Shown here one piece after another: positions 1 through 9,124 of a stretch of 64,000 nucleotides of DNA (position 1 is its first letter; every line of letters begins with the position of its first letter). The stretch spans positions 1,514 through 65,513 of the forward strand of contig CAZKAT010000003.1 in assembly GCA_964551135.1 (NCBI GenBank), given 5' to 3'. The notes beneath the pieces were generated by a model, which was not told where the DNA came from, ran no database searches, and saw only the letters and a list, made by a program, of their open reading frames with translations. This DNA is from an uncultured Gammaproteobacteria bacterium. Lineage in GTDB: Bacteria; Cyanobacteriota; Vampirovibrionia; LMEP-6097. The position numbers and the translations under genes are program-made.

Positions 1-574
1 ACTTGGATTAAACACTCTATCTGTAGCTCTATCATTAGCTACATCACGTCTCATAGCATTCACAGCTTTCACACCATCATATAGAGTCCATAAACCGGCC
101 AGCGGGAAAACGATCTGTGGCACTGAATTCATACCCATATAAGGAAGTACACTCGCTGCACCACCAGTACTCATTTGTTGAGCGATTTGAGCCATAGTTA
201 AACCACCATAAGTTTTCACACCTAGGTTCTGCGCTCTTGCTGCATTGATATCATACTGAGCTGCTTGTCCAGCAAACATAGGAATACGTCCCTGACTAGC
301 TCCTTGAGTAATACCACCAGACATAGAATTCATCACTTGATTAAATTGTCCTGCAAGCATTCCTTGCGATGTAGGAGCGATAGCTTGTTGCATATTAGAA
401 TCAAGGAAGCTATATCCTGGATTATTCATATAGCCATATGGTGATCCAGATCCATTTTGAGCCATTTGTGGTTGCCCATAAGGCTGTCCGTATGCTTGTC
501 CACCCATATCTTGACCATATGGTTGTCCATATTGTCCTCCGTATGGTTGTGCGTATGGCATTGTTTCGTACATA
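1..574 (-). CDS. Hypothetical protein with Gln/Gly/Tyr/Pro-rich low-complexity N-terminus (partial; C-terminus lies beyond window start)
   Basis: Reverse-strand ORF starting at ATG 574-572 (MYETMPYAQPYGGQYGQPYGQDMGGQAYGQPYGQPQ...), preceded by AAGAGG about 9 nt upstream; open to position 1. Not in the supplied track because it is truncated. Lies directly downstream of flgG on the same strand. Confidence 0.45.
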
Positions 575-594
575 TTTTTACCTCTTACCCTTTA

Positions 595-1395
595 CTAGAT
601 ATTTCTAGTGATTGTTGAATTCAAGTTTTCTTGCATTTGATCAAGAACTTTAATGATCTTCATTTCAGCTTTAATTGCGGTATTGATCTGAACTATATCA
701 GCCATCTTATCGATAATAGAAACATTAGCTTGCTCTAGATGTCCCTGTCTGACTTGAGTCTGACCTAACATTGGTCCAATCTCTAATTCATGTATGTCAC
801 CAGCTTGCTCAGTTGGAATATATAATCCATCACCAACATCATGTAAACCATCTACATTGGTAAAAGTTACTACACTAAGTTTACCGATAGTATCACCATC
901 ACTAGTTTTAAGAGTCCCGTCATTATCCATCATTACCGTTGAAGCCGTTGGAATGATCACAGCACCCGCATGTATACCAGCATCAAACGAAGGAGCAGCA
1001 CCATCAATCATATCATCATAGTTTTTAGCAATGAATTCAGGATTAGGATTAGCTGTGGTTATAGGATAACCTTGTGCAGAAAGTAACTGACCATCAGAGC
1101 CTATTTTAAAAGCACCATTACGAGTATAAGCTCTAGTACCATCTGGTAACTCTACTTCAAAAAATCCCTTACCTTCTATCGCAAAATCCAATTCTTGATT
1201 GGTTTTACCAGGGACTCCAGGTGTAAAATCCTTACGCTCAGTTACACGCAAACCATTCAAAGTATCATGAAAGGTATTTATTTTAGCTTGGTAGCCAGTA
1301 GTGAAAATATTACTGATATCAGTTACCTTATCACCGAGAACTTTCATGTGACGATTAACTGTACCTAAGCATTGATATGTGTACTGATTATACAT
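595..1395 (-). CDS. flgG: Flagellar basal-body rod protein FlgG
   Basis: 266 aa; C-terminal region GHLEQANVSIIDKMADIVQINTAIKAEMKIIKVLDQMQ matches the conserved C-terminal helix of FlgG/FlgF rod proteins; start codon overlaps the stop of the upstream rod gene (TAATG). Confidence 0.7.
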   Translation of the reverse strand: MYNQYTYQCLGTVNRHMKVLGDKVTDISNIFTTGYQAKINTFHDTLNGLRVTERKDFTPGVPGKTNQELDFAIEGKGFFEVELPDGTRAYTRNGAFKIGSDGQLLSAQGYPITTANPNPEFIAKNYDDMIDGAAPSFDAGIHAGAVIIPTASTVMMDNDGTLKTSDGDTIGKLSVVTFTNVDGLHDVGDGLYIPTEQAGDIHELEIGPMLGQTQVRQGHLEQANVSIIDKMADIVQINTAIKAEMKIIKVLDQMQENLNSTITRNI

Positions 1396-2057
1396 TATAC
1401 ATTCCTTCCATATGTTTCTATTAAAGCCTTATCTACACCGAGTTCCATCGACAGCATACTTTGCACAGTATCTATGTGTCTCTTGATTTGCATTATTTTA
1501 GTTATATTCGCTTGCAAATCTACGTTAGAAGTTTCTAACTTACCTTGAAGTATAAACGCTCTATCTCCAGGCATCTTAGCTTGATAGTCTATAGCGATAC
1601 GACCAACGTAATCTCCATCCACTCTCATTTCACCATTTTGATCGATAGCGATATTACCACCCTTGGACATTGTTTTCCAAGCTGGACTATTAATCTGCTT
1701 ATCAAGGATGACTAATGGTCTACCCGCAGAATCTACTATGTCTCCATCCTTATTAAAATTAAATTGGCCATCTCTAGTTCTAACAGGTTTGCCATCTTCA
1801 TCATCTACTAAGAAAAAAGCTTCAGCGCGCGTTAATGCTAGATCTAGTTTTTGATTAGTTTTAGTAAGAACTCCCTGAGATTCATCTCTGAACACCTCTC
1901 CCATTACGTCTGAAAACATCACCGACTCGGGGTGTATAGACTTAAAAGACACTGTATTAGCGTTCTCTAAGTTGGTCTGGATAATACCAATTCTCCTAAT
2001 GCTCTTTTCCATAGCATCATAGAGATTCGTTACTTCATGATTATATAATTCTGCCAT
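1395..2057 (-). CDS. flgF: Flagellar basal-body rod protein, FlgF-like
   Basis: 220 aa; N-terminal IIQTNLENANTVSFKS resembles the rod-protein N-terminal motif (ANNLANxNTxGFK) and C-terminal ETSNVDLQANITKIMQIKRHIDTVQSM resembles the rod C-terminal motif; AGGA-type RBS upstream; translationally coupled to flgG. Confidence 0.6.
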   Translation of the reverse strand: MAELYNHEVTNLYDAMEKSIRRIGIIQTNLENANTVSFKSIHPESVMFSDVMGEVFRDESQGVLTKTNQKLDLALTRAEAFFLVDDEDGKPVRTRDGQFNFNKDGDIVDSAGRPLVILDKQINSPAWKTMSKGGNIAIDQNGEMRVDGDYVGRIAIDYQAKMPGDRAFILQGKLETSNVDLQANITKIMQIKRHIDTVQSMLSMELGVDKALIETYGRNV

Positions 2058-2134
2058 TCTTTATCCTATATGGGTATAAAGTACTGTATTAGGGTTAAGA
2101 GTTAGTTAAACAAGCAGTTAAAAATTATTAAGTT

Positions 2135-4513
2135 ATGAGCTTTTCCGTCAGTTCTAAATTATTATCCAAGGTTCTAGTAGAAGAAGAAAACCTAGATATC
2201 CCTTTGGTTTTGGGGAAGTTCTTAGATGAATTACAGGATAAAGTATTCTGTGAGCAAGCATTTATAATCGATAAAAACCAAGGTAAGGTTTTCACTTGCT
2301 CTAATATCAGTCCAGCAGACATAAGTTGTTCAGGACAAGGTATTGAAAAATACCTTATCGAAGACTGGGGCTACTTATATGTAGTTAAAGCTGCTAAGAA
2401 AGAAGATGCTAGGTTTTGGGATGAAGTTACTGGATCTCTGTCACTGTTCTTACATAGCGCTGAACTTAAAATTCATACTCACCTCATTAGTAATCTCACT
2501 TCTGATATAAGACGCACTCTAAGACCGGATCTAGCATTAGAGAAGATGTATCAAGCATTGAAAGAATATGCTCAATTAAGTGGTTTTTATTTCTTCAAGA
2601 AACTCATTAACACTGATGATCATGAAAATATTTTCAAAGGATATAGTCTTTATTTTAAAGCTACTCATGATGACCTTAGTAAATTTAGCGAAGAGAGAAT
2701 TTTTAACTTAGATGAGATCAAAGAATTAGGATTCATAAGTAATGATTTAGAGATAGAAGTATTCCAATCTAAGGTTAGAGGCAGAGAATGGGGTATTTTA
2801 GTTGCTACGCGCCAAGAGCCTTGGACACCGGATTTGATCGAGACTTTCGAATTATTCTCAGAGCAAATGGCAAGTGTATTTAATCAACACGAGCTACACT
2901 CAGAGAGCTTAACCATGGCACAACGAGAATTCTTGCTGAACCAGATCACCACTAAGATCAGAGAGTCATTAGTTGTCGATAAAATTATCGAAACTGCAGT
3001 CGCAGAGATAGGACAAGTAATGGGAGTAGAATCCTGCGGTATCGTAGTGCTTAATCGTAAGATCAGAGGTAGCATTGGTCACCAAACTTGGTCTATAGAA
3101 GATGATTTCTCTTCTAAGATGACAGATGCTATTTATAGTACGCTGAGAACCGAATTAGAACCCAATTGGCTAGAGCCTTCTATTCAAGCGCCACGAGGAT
3201 TTCAAGATGGTGAAGAAACAGGAACTAATGGCTGGCAATCTATATCAAGCTTAGGTTTACAATCATATCTATGTTGTGGTTTATTCAGAGACAATACTAG
3301 AGAATTAATCGGTATCCTAGCAGTAGGATTCTTCAATCAAGTACGTAACTGGACTCACGATGAACAGTTACTACTAGAGGGTGTCGCCAAACAATTAGAG
3401 ATAGCACTTATTCAAGCTTCTATCTATCAAGAAGCTCAGCAAACCAAACGCCAAATGGCACTCCTACACAGGCTTAGCAGTGATATCAGAGACAGCTTAG
3501 ATATATCTATAGTATTAGGGCAGATTGCAAGTGGCATTGGTGAAGTATTAGGACTTAACAGATGCTTCGTAAGAAGATTCTCCAATGACTCTAATGTAAT
3601 TAAGACTGAAGAAGAATATTGCTCTAAGGGCTTTGATCCAAGTGCTGATATGATGTTTAATTTCGAGCGAGAGTGGATAACTGAGCTAGCTTCAGGTGAT
3701 AGCGCGCTTAAAGCTGTGGAAGTTCTCAATATAGCTTCAGTGGCATCCAAGCTCAGTGAAGAAAGTCCAGAACTCTTAAAGATAGCTGAGGCTATTCAGC
3801 TTAAAAGTTACCTTTCTATACCCCTAGTAGCACGTGGTAAGATCCTTGGCTCAATCATAGTTCACCAGTGTGATAGAGAACGAAACTTCCTGCCCGAAGA
3901 GATAGAGTTTATATTCAGAGTTGGATCTGAAGCTGCTATCGCTATCGAGCATGCTGAGTTGTTTGATACTATAAATAAATTTAATAAGACCGATCCTGAT
4001 ACTGGACTCTATAATAAACGTTATTTTAGAGAAATAGCAATGCAAGAAATTGCTAAAGCACAAAAAAACTCCAATCCTATATCTTTCATGTTAGTCGACG
4101 TAGACTACCTTAAAGAAATCAATGATGATCCAGATCATGGTGGACACGAAGCAGGTGACGAAGCGATTCAGATACTTGCTACCGTACTCACTAACACCGT
4201 CAGGCAGACTCCTGTAGATGAAGTTAGCAAGCGCATCTCTGATGTAGTTGGAAGATTTGGTGGTGATGAGTTTATGATACTCTTGCCTAATACTCCACTA
4301 GAAGGTGCAGCCACTGTCGCCAAGCGTATTGCAGAGCACTTAGCTAAGGCTAAACATAGTACTTGGAAACGAGCTCTCACTTGCAGCATTGGGATTTCTT
4401 CTGCTCCACATGATCCTTATGACTACGAGCAACTTAAGACCCTTGCCGATAAAGCTCTCTATCTCTCTAAGCATAAGGGTAGAAATGGGTTTAGTATTAC
4501 GACTGAGTTGTAA
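2135..4513 (+). CDS. GAF-domain diguanylate cyclase (GGDEF)
   Basis: 792 aa; C-terminal RFGGDEFMILLPNT GGDEF signature; long N-terminal region consistent with tandem GAF-type sensor domains. Confidence 0.8.
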   Translation: MSFSVSSKLLSKVLVEEENLDIPLVLGKFLDELQDKVFCEQAFIIDKNQGKVFTCSNISPADISCSGQGIEKYLIEDWGYLYVVKAAKKEDARFWDEVTGSLSLFLHSAELKIHTHLISNLTSDIRRTLRPDLALEKMYQALKEYAQLSGFYFFKKLINTDDHENIFKGYSLYFKATHDDLSKFSEERIFNLDEIKELGFISNDLEIEVFQSKVRGREWGILVATRQEPWTPDLIETFELFSEQMASVFNQHELHSESLTMAQREFLLNQITTKIRESLVVDKIIETAVAEIGQVMGVESCGIVVLNRKIRGSIGHQTWSIEDDFSSKMTDAIYSTLRTELEPNWLEPSIQAPRGFQDGEETGTNGWQSISSLGLQSYLCCGLFRDNTRELIGILAVGFFNQVRNWTHDEQLLLEGVAKQLEIALIQASIYQEAQQTKRQMALLHRLSSDIRDSLDISIVLGQIASGIGEVLGLNRCFVRRFSNDSNVIKTEEEYCSKGFDPSADMMFNFEREWITELASGDSALKAVEVLNIASVASKLSEESPELLKIAEAIQLKSYLSIPLVARGKILGSIIVHQCDRERNFLPEEIEFIFRVGSEAAIAIEHAELFDTINKFNKTDPDTGLYNKRYFREIAMQEIAKAQKNSNPISFMLVDVDYLKEINDDPDHGGHEAGDEAIQILATVLTNTVRQTPVDEVSKRISDVVGRFGGDEFMILLPNTPLEGAATVAKRIAEHLAKAKHSTWKRALTCSIGISSAPHDPYDYEQLKTLADKALYLSKHKGRNGFSITTEL

Positions 4514-5093
4514 TTGGCAACCCAAAAACTCTACGGAAATAATTTAGCAGAGGTTTAATCATATTTCCTTGCTCTAATTTACTAAAACCAATAATTTCGG
4601 CTGAATTAATAGATCCTTTCGGATATTTTTTATCAGCATCACTTGCAGTTAATACTGCTGGATCTTTAATTTCGTTAACTCCATATGCCGTTGTCTCAGT
4701 ACTGGTATAATTACCAGTAATCAGAGAAATTAAAAAATTATTCCAACCTGTTACTGTCTGCTCTACTTTTGTTTTAAATTCTTGCATTACCTTAACCGTG
4801 TCATTAAAAGTAGGTCCTAACATGTGACCATCAGAGCATACCAAGATATTAGTATTATTCATTGTATCTTTTTCTTTTGCATGCAAAGCATCTAAACCTA
4901 CTCTCAATTCTTCTGGATTGTTGCATTGAATAATATTATCCTTTTCAAATATCCCTGCACCCTTACAATGTTGATTAAGACCCCAGCGACATATTGGCTC
5001 ATCATCTACAATAAAACAATAATTTTTAACAGCGCCCATATCCAAGATAATATCATCTGCGCTATAAAAAAGCAACTGTAACCATTGCCACAA
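4497..5093 (-). CDS. Hypothetical protein, 3' segment of a frame interrupted by an in-frame TAA
   Basis: 198-aa ORF in the same frame and directly contiguous with ORF 5094..5618; the track start is a TTG immediately after the TAA stop; first ATG is at codon 19. No family recognised. Confidence 0.35.
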   Translation of the reverse strand: MWQWLQLLFYSADDIILDMGAVKNYCFIVDDEPICRWGLNQHCKGAGIFEKDNIIQCNNPEELRVGLDALHAKEKDTMNNTNILVCSDGHMLGPTFNDTVKVMQEFKTKVEQTVTGWNNFLISLITGNYTSTETTAYGVNEIKDPAVLTASDADKKYPKGSINSAEIIGFSKLEQGNMIKPLLNYFRRVFGLPITTQS

Positions 5094-5618
5094 TTATTTA
5101 AATAATTCATTGCACTTAGCTAATAATTTAGGTATTGCTACATGCCAAGTGCCAACTCCTCTGAAAATCTTAAATGGGTTTAAACCATTATTTATAGGTA
5201 AAGTTTCTATACCATCAACAGAATCTGCTTTTGGGATTTTTTCTGCACTTCCAGAATGTAATACAGAGAGGTATGAGCCATTATGTTCACTACTCCATTT
5301 TTCCAAAATTGGGTTGATAGCACTTGGATATTGATTTGATATTACTAATAGTTTATTACAATCTCTTTGTTGTTCAAGAATACTAGATAATTCATTAAGA
5401 TCAGAGACCGTCTGAACATCTAAATCCTTAATACCTTGATCATTTGCACTAGATTTTAGGCTACGTTTTGTTATAGGTAGTCCAGATTTGTAATTGTCAC
5501 AATAAATAACATCAAATTTAGCCATGATATAGATAATAGCATTTGTGCTATAAAAAGAGCAAGTGTCTACAATTGCCGCCATTATTACTGCCCCGGGAAA
5601 CGCCGCTGTATCTATCAT
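5094..5618 (-). CDS. Hypothetical protein, 5' segment of a frame interrupted by an in-frame TAA
   Basis: 174-aa ORF from ATG 5618; alternative ATG at 5525 (MAKFDV...) would avoid the 56-nt antisense overlap with the mnmE start. No family recognised. Confidence 0.35.
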   Translation of the reverse strand: MIDTAAFPGAVIMAAIVDTCSFYSTNAIIYIMAKFDVIYCDNYKSGLPITKRSLKSSANDQGIKDLDVQTVSDLNELSSILEQQRDCNKLLVISNQYPSAINPILEKWSSEHNGSYLSVLHSGSAEKIPKADSVDGIETLPINNGLNPFKIFRGVGTWHVAIPKLLAKCNELFK

Positions 5619-6876
5619 TAAGATCAGTGGTGAGCAGAGCTGGGCTATAGTCTCGTCATTGCGAGGAGATGATAAATTAACTCATCGTCATATAGAAATC
5701 TCATGGATACAAGATGGCGAGAATAAAATAGATCAAGTACTAATTCTTCCTTTCAAAGCACCATATAGTTATACAGGCGAAGATCTAATAGAAATCCATT
5801 CTCATGGTGGCATGTGGATTACCGAGAGAATTTTAAAATTAATTTTAGAAGCAGGAGCTAAGCTAGCTAAGCCTGGGGAGTTCACTGAGAGAGCGTTTCT
5901 AAATCACAAGCTAGATCTATCACAAGCAGAAGCGATCTTAGATATAATTCAAGCGCGCAGCGGTAAGGCTGGCGAAAATGCAATTAAACTTTATCAAGGT
6001 TATTTAGGCAATGCGATTAAAGAGATGCGCCTAACATTACTAAATCTCTTAGGAGAACTTACTGCTTGCATAGACTTCCCAGATGAGGTTGCTGACTACG
6101 ATATAGAGAAATATCAAAAACAAATAGCTAAACAAATACAAAAGATCGAAGAATTACTTGCAGGTGAAGAAGAGGGGCATATACTACGCGAAGGTTACAA
6201 AGTAGCAATAGTAGGTAATCCAAATACTGGTAAATCTACCTTGCTCAATACTCTACTGAAAAAAGAGCGAGCAATAGTTACAGATATACCAGGGACTACT
6301 AGAGATCTAATTGAAGAATCTTATAGTATTAAGGGTCTACCACTGATTCTTCTAGATACTGCAGGAATTCGCAATAGCTCAGACCGCGTAGAACAGATCG
6401 GCATGGAACGCAGTCAGAGAGCCATAGAAGAAGCAGATCTAGTTTTAGTTCTCAAAGAAGCGCAAGACTCAAGTCCTAATACTCAAGGCTCATTATTAGA
6501 TGTAAGTTTCAAATCTAAAAATCATTTAGTGATAGGAACCAAGTTAGATTTATATTCAAATGACAATCATAATGGCTTTGATATTTGTATTTCTTCTAAG
6601 ACTGGAACTAATATAGAAGAGCTTAAGGAATTAATATACTCACGTATCATACATGGCAGTAGCCAAAATCAAGTAAAGATTAATCACAGGCAAGCTGATC
6701 TGTTGCGTAAAGCTCAAGCTGCACTAGAGCACTCTATGAGCTCAACTCACTTAGCAATAGACTTCTGGACTATAGACCTGCGCGCTGCTATCGCTGCACT
6801 CGGTGAGATTACTGGTGAGTCGTTGACAGAAGAATTACTCGACAATATCTTCTCGAGGTTTTGTATTGGGAAATAA
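5563..6876 (+). CDS. mnmE: tRNA modification GTPase MnmE (TrmE)
   Basis: 437 aa; N-terminal TIAAIITAPGNAAVSIIKISG, G-domain P-loop GNPNTGKSTLLN and DTAGIR, C-terminal CIGK tetrapeptide typical of MnmE; GTG start. Confidence 0.9.
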   Translation: MSTIAAIITAPGNAAVSIIKISGEQSWAIVSSLRGDDKLTHRHIEISWIQDGENKIDQVLILPFKAPYSYTGEDLIEIHSHGGMWITERILKLILEAGAKLAKPGEFTERAFLNHKLDLSQAEAILDIIQARSGKAGENAIKLYQGYLGNAIKEMRLTLLNLLGELTACIDFPDEVADYDIEKYQKQIAKQIQKIEELLAGEEEGHILREGYKVAIVGNPNTGKSTLLNTLLKKERAIVTDIPGTTRDLIEESYSIKGLPLILLDTAGIRNSSDRVEQIGMERSQRAIEEADLVLVLKEAQDSSPNTQGSLLDVSFKSKNHLVIGTKLDLYSNDNHNGFDICISSKTGTNIEELKELIYSRIIHGSSQNQVKINHRQADLLRKAQAALEHSMSSTHLAIDFWTIDLRAAIAALGEITGESLTEELLDNIFSRFCIGK

Positions 6877-7449
6877 TAAAGCAACTTCTCTCATAAATTT
6901 ATCTACAAATGTAGCTATTGTTGGTATTCCTTGATTTAATCCCAATACAGAAGTATTTCTCTTCCTTGCATGAAAAGCAGAAGCTCTGTCTCTTATAACT
7001 TGATCCAGAGGATCAGTAGGATTAACTTTTGGAAATAACAGTTGATTTCGTATCGCCCAATCTCCAACAGTAAAATTTGGACTAATTTTCACAATAGCAA
7101 ATCTGTCAGTAGCTTTATATAAAGTTTCAAGAAGTTTATGATAAGTCTGAGACCAATCAGCACGTCTTCCTCCTCCAGTATTTTCTACTGCTTCCTCATC
7201 AACAAAAACTAAAACTGGTGTATTTTTATCTTCTGACATATTTTGCCAAAAATTCCTATTCTCATCGAAGTAAGAAGTTTGAGTACTAGAACCTCTAGAA
7301 TAAACTACTTGATCTTGTCCTAAATTACGAATAGCATTATCAAACCAACCTGCTAATGCGGAATCAGAGAAAACAGCTATTCTCGGTGTCGCTGCTGTTG
7401 GCTTGAATTCTTTTGTTGATTCTGTTGTAATAGGTGCTGTTATAGTCAT
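6835..7449 (-). CDS. Hypothetical protein (possible SGNH/GDSL-like hydrolase fold)
   Basis: 204 aa; IAVFSDSALAG weakly resembles SGNH block I; other blocks not convincing. Convergent with mnmE, overlapping its 3' end by 42 nt. Confidence 0.3.
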   Translation of the reverse strand: MTITAPITTESTKEFKPTAATPRIAVFSDSALAGWFDNAIRNLGQDQVVYSRGSSTQTSYFDENRNFWQNMSEDKNTPVLVFVDEEAVENTGGGRRADWSQTYHKLLETLYKATDRFAIVKISPNFTVGDWAIRNQLLFPKVNPTDPLDQVIRDRASAFHARKRNTSVLGLNQGIPTIATFVDKFMREVALLFPNTKPREDIVE

Positions 7450-7485
7450 AATAAGATATTATATAATATTTCTTATCTAAATAAA

Positions 7486-7977
7486 ATGTCTATATGTAAT
7501 AATAACTGGAAAATGAACGATAGTAAACCAGAATTCTCAATTAAAAATATCGGTGATGCCAAACTTGCAATCATAGTCGCTAGCTGGAATAAACAATTCA
7601 ACATGGAGATGTACGAATCTGGACGCGAAGTTCTTGAGAAAGCAGGAATAAAAAAAATTGATCTTTACGAAGCACCAGGTGCTTTTGAAATACCATTAAT
7701 CGCACAAAAACTTGCTGAGAGTGGTAAATATACTGGCATTATTTGTTACGGCACAGTAGTTCGCGGTGATACTAGACATTTTAAGATAGTGGCTGATGAA
7801 AGTGCACGAGGAGTAATGGATGTAATGCTAAAAACTGGCATACCTGTACTTAACGGTATACTTGCCTGCGAAAACGCTGGACAAGCGGAATTCAGAGCTT
7901 CACGCAAGAAAGAAGACAAGGGTAAGGAAGTTGCGCTTTCGGCATTAAGTTTACTTAGTACTTTAGCCTCATTATAA
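7486..7977 (+). CDS. ribH: 6,7-dimethyl-8-ribityllumazine synthase
   Basis: 163 aa; AKLAIIVASWN and APGAFEIPL motifs typical of lumazine synthase; size matches. Confidence 0.8.
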   Translation: MSICNNNWKMNDSKPEFSIKNIGDAKLAIIVASWNKQFNMEMYESGREVLEKAGIKKIDLYEAPGAFEIPLIAQKLAESGKYTGIICYGTVVRGDTRHFKIVADESARGVMDVMLKTGIPVLNGILACENAGQAEFRASRKKEDKGKEVALSALSLLSTLASL

Positions 7978-7992
7978 ATCTAGACACCTAAC

Positions 7993-9108
7993 TTACTTAG
8001 ATTTATTTGAGTTCATTAATTCTGTAAACTGCTTAAATAAATAATCACTGTCATGCGGTCCAGGAGAGGCTTCTGGGTGGTATTGAACTGAGAATATATC
8101 AGGACGATCCTTCAAACGAATACCAGCGACAGTATCATCATTAATATTCAAATGTGTTATTTCGAGGTTATCTGGTAGATTCTCCTTGCTCACTGCAAAA
8201 CCATGATTATGAGAAGCTATCTCTATATTAGTTGAATCAAGATTCTTGATAGGTTGATTAGAACCACGATGTCCAAACTTAAGCTTGAAAGTTTTCGCTC
8301 CACAAGCAAGTGCTAGAATCTGATGCCCTAAGCAAATACCAAAGATTGGTTTGCGAAATTTCTCTATCAAGGTTTTAACAGTCTCTATTGCATAAGTTAC
8401 GGCAGCTGGATCTCCAGGACCGTTACTAAGGAAAACTCCATCTGGATTAGCTTGAAGAATATAATCTGCTGGCGTAGTAGCAGGCACTACTTCTACCTCA
8501 CAACCATGAGCGAGAAGCTGATTCAGAATGTTTTGCTTAATTCCAAAATCGTAAGCAATAACTTTATAACGCGGATTGATTGATGTAGCTCCCAGAGCAG
8601 TGCTAGAAGCTTGAAACTTCTCCTTACAACTCACTGTAGAAGCTAGGTCTAGACCACTCATCACTGATGAAGCACGAATTTGTTTCAATAATTCACTATT
8701 ACTAATAGTGTCATCACTGCAGATAGCTGCCCGCATTGCACCTTTATTACGTATATGTTTGGTGATAGCTCTAGTATCTACATCATGAATAGCAATGATG
8801 CCATGTTGTTTCAAAAAATCATCTAAAGTTTCTTGTGATTTATAGTTACTTGCTACTGGGCTATAGTTCTTCATTACCATTCCTTTAGCAAAAGAACCCC
8901 TAGACTCCATGTCTTCAGAATTACAACCATAGTTACCTATCTCTGGATAAGTAAAAATTATAATCTGACCAGCATAACTAGGGTCAGTCATAATTTCCTG
9001 ATATCCTGTCATCCCTGTATTAAAAACTATCTCACCAAAACGACTTCCACGAGATCCTAAACCCTTACCTCTAAACTCTCTACCGTCTTCTAGTAATAAA
9101 CGCGCCAT
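7993..9108 (-). CDS. carA: Carbamoyl-phosphate synthase small (glutamine amidotransferase) subunit
   Basis: 371 aa; CarA N-terminal domain followed by class I glutamine amidotransferase domain with GICLGHQ catalytic cysteine motif and HPE. Confidence 0.9.
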   Translation of the reverse strand: MARLLLEDGREFRGKGLGSRGSRFGEIVFNTGMTGYQEIMTDPSYAGQIIIFTYPEIGNYGCNSEDMESRGSFAKGMVMKNYSPVASNYKSQETLDDFLKQHGIIAIHDVDTRAITKHIRNKGAMRAAICSDDTISNSELLKQIRASSVMSGLDLASTVSCKEKFQASSTALGATSINPRYKVIAYDFGIKQNILNQLLAHGCEVEVVPATTPADYILQANPDGVFLSNGPGDPAAVTYAIETVKTLIEKFRKPIFGICLGHQILALACGAKTFKLKFGHRGSNQPIKNLDSTNIEIASHNHGFAVSKENLPDNLEITHLNINDDTVAGIRLKDRPDIFSVQYHPEASPGPHDSDYLFKQFTELMNSNKSK

Positions 9109-9124
9109 AAGGCTATTATATCAT

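Noticed and set aside
794-4525. Short ORFs overlapping flgG, flgF and the GGDEF gene (794..1021, 1663..1854, 2128..2322, 2884..3075, 3436..3750, 3851..4063, 4168..4389, 4340..4525)
   Set aside because: All embedded in, or antisense to, longer ORFs with clear homology; no independent start signals.
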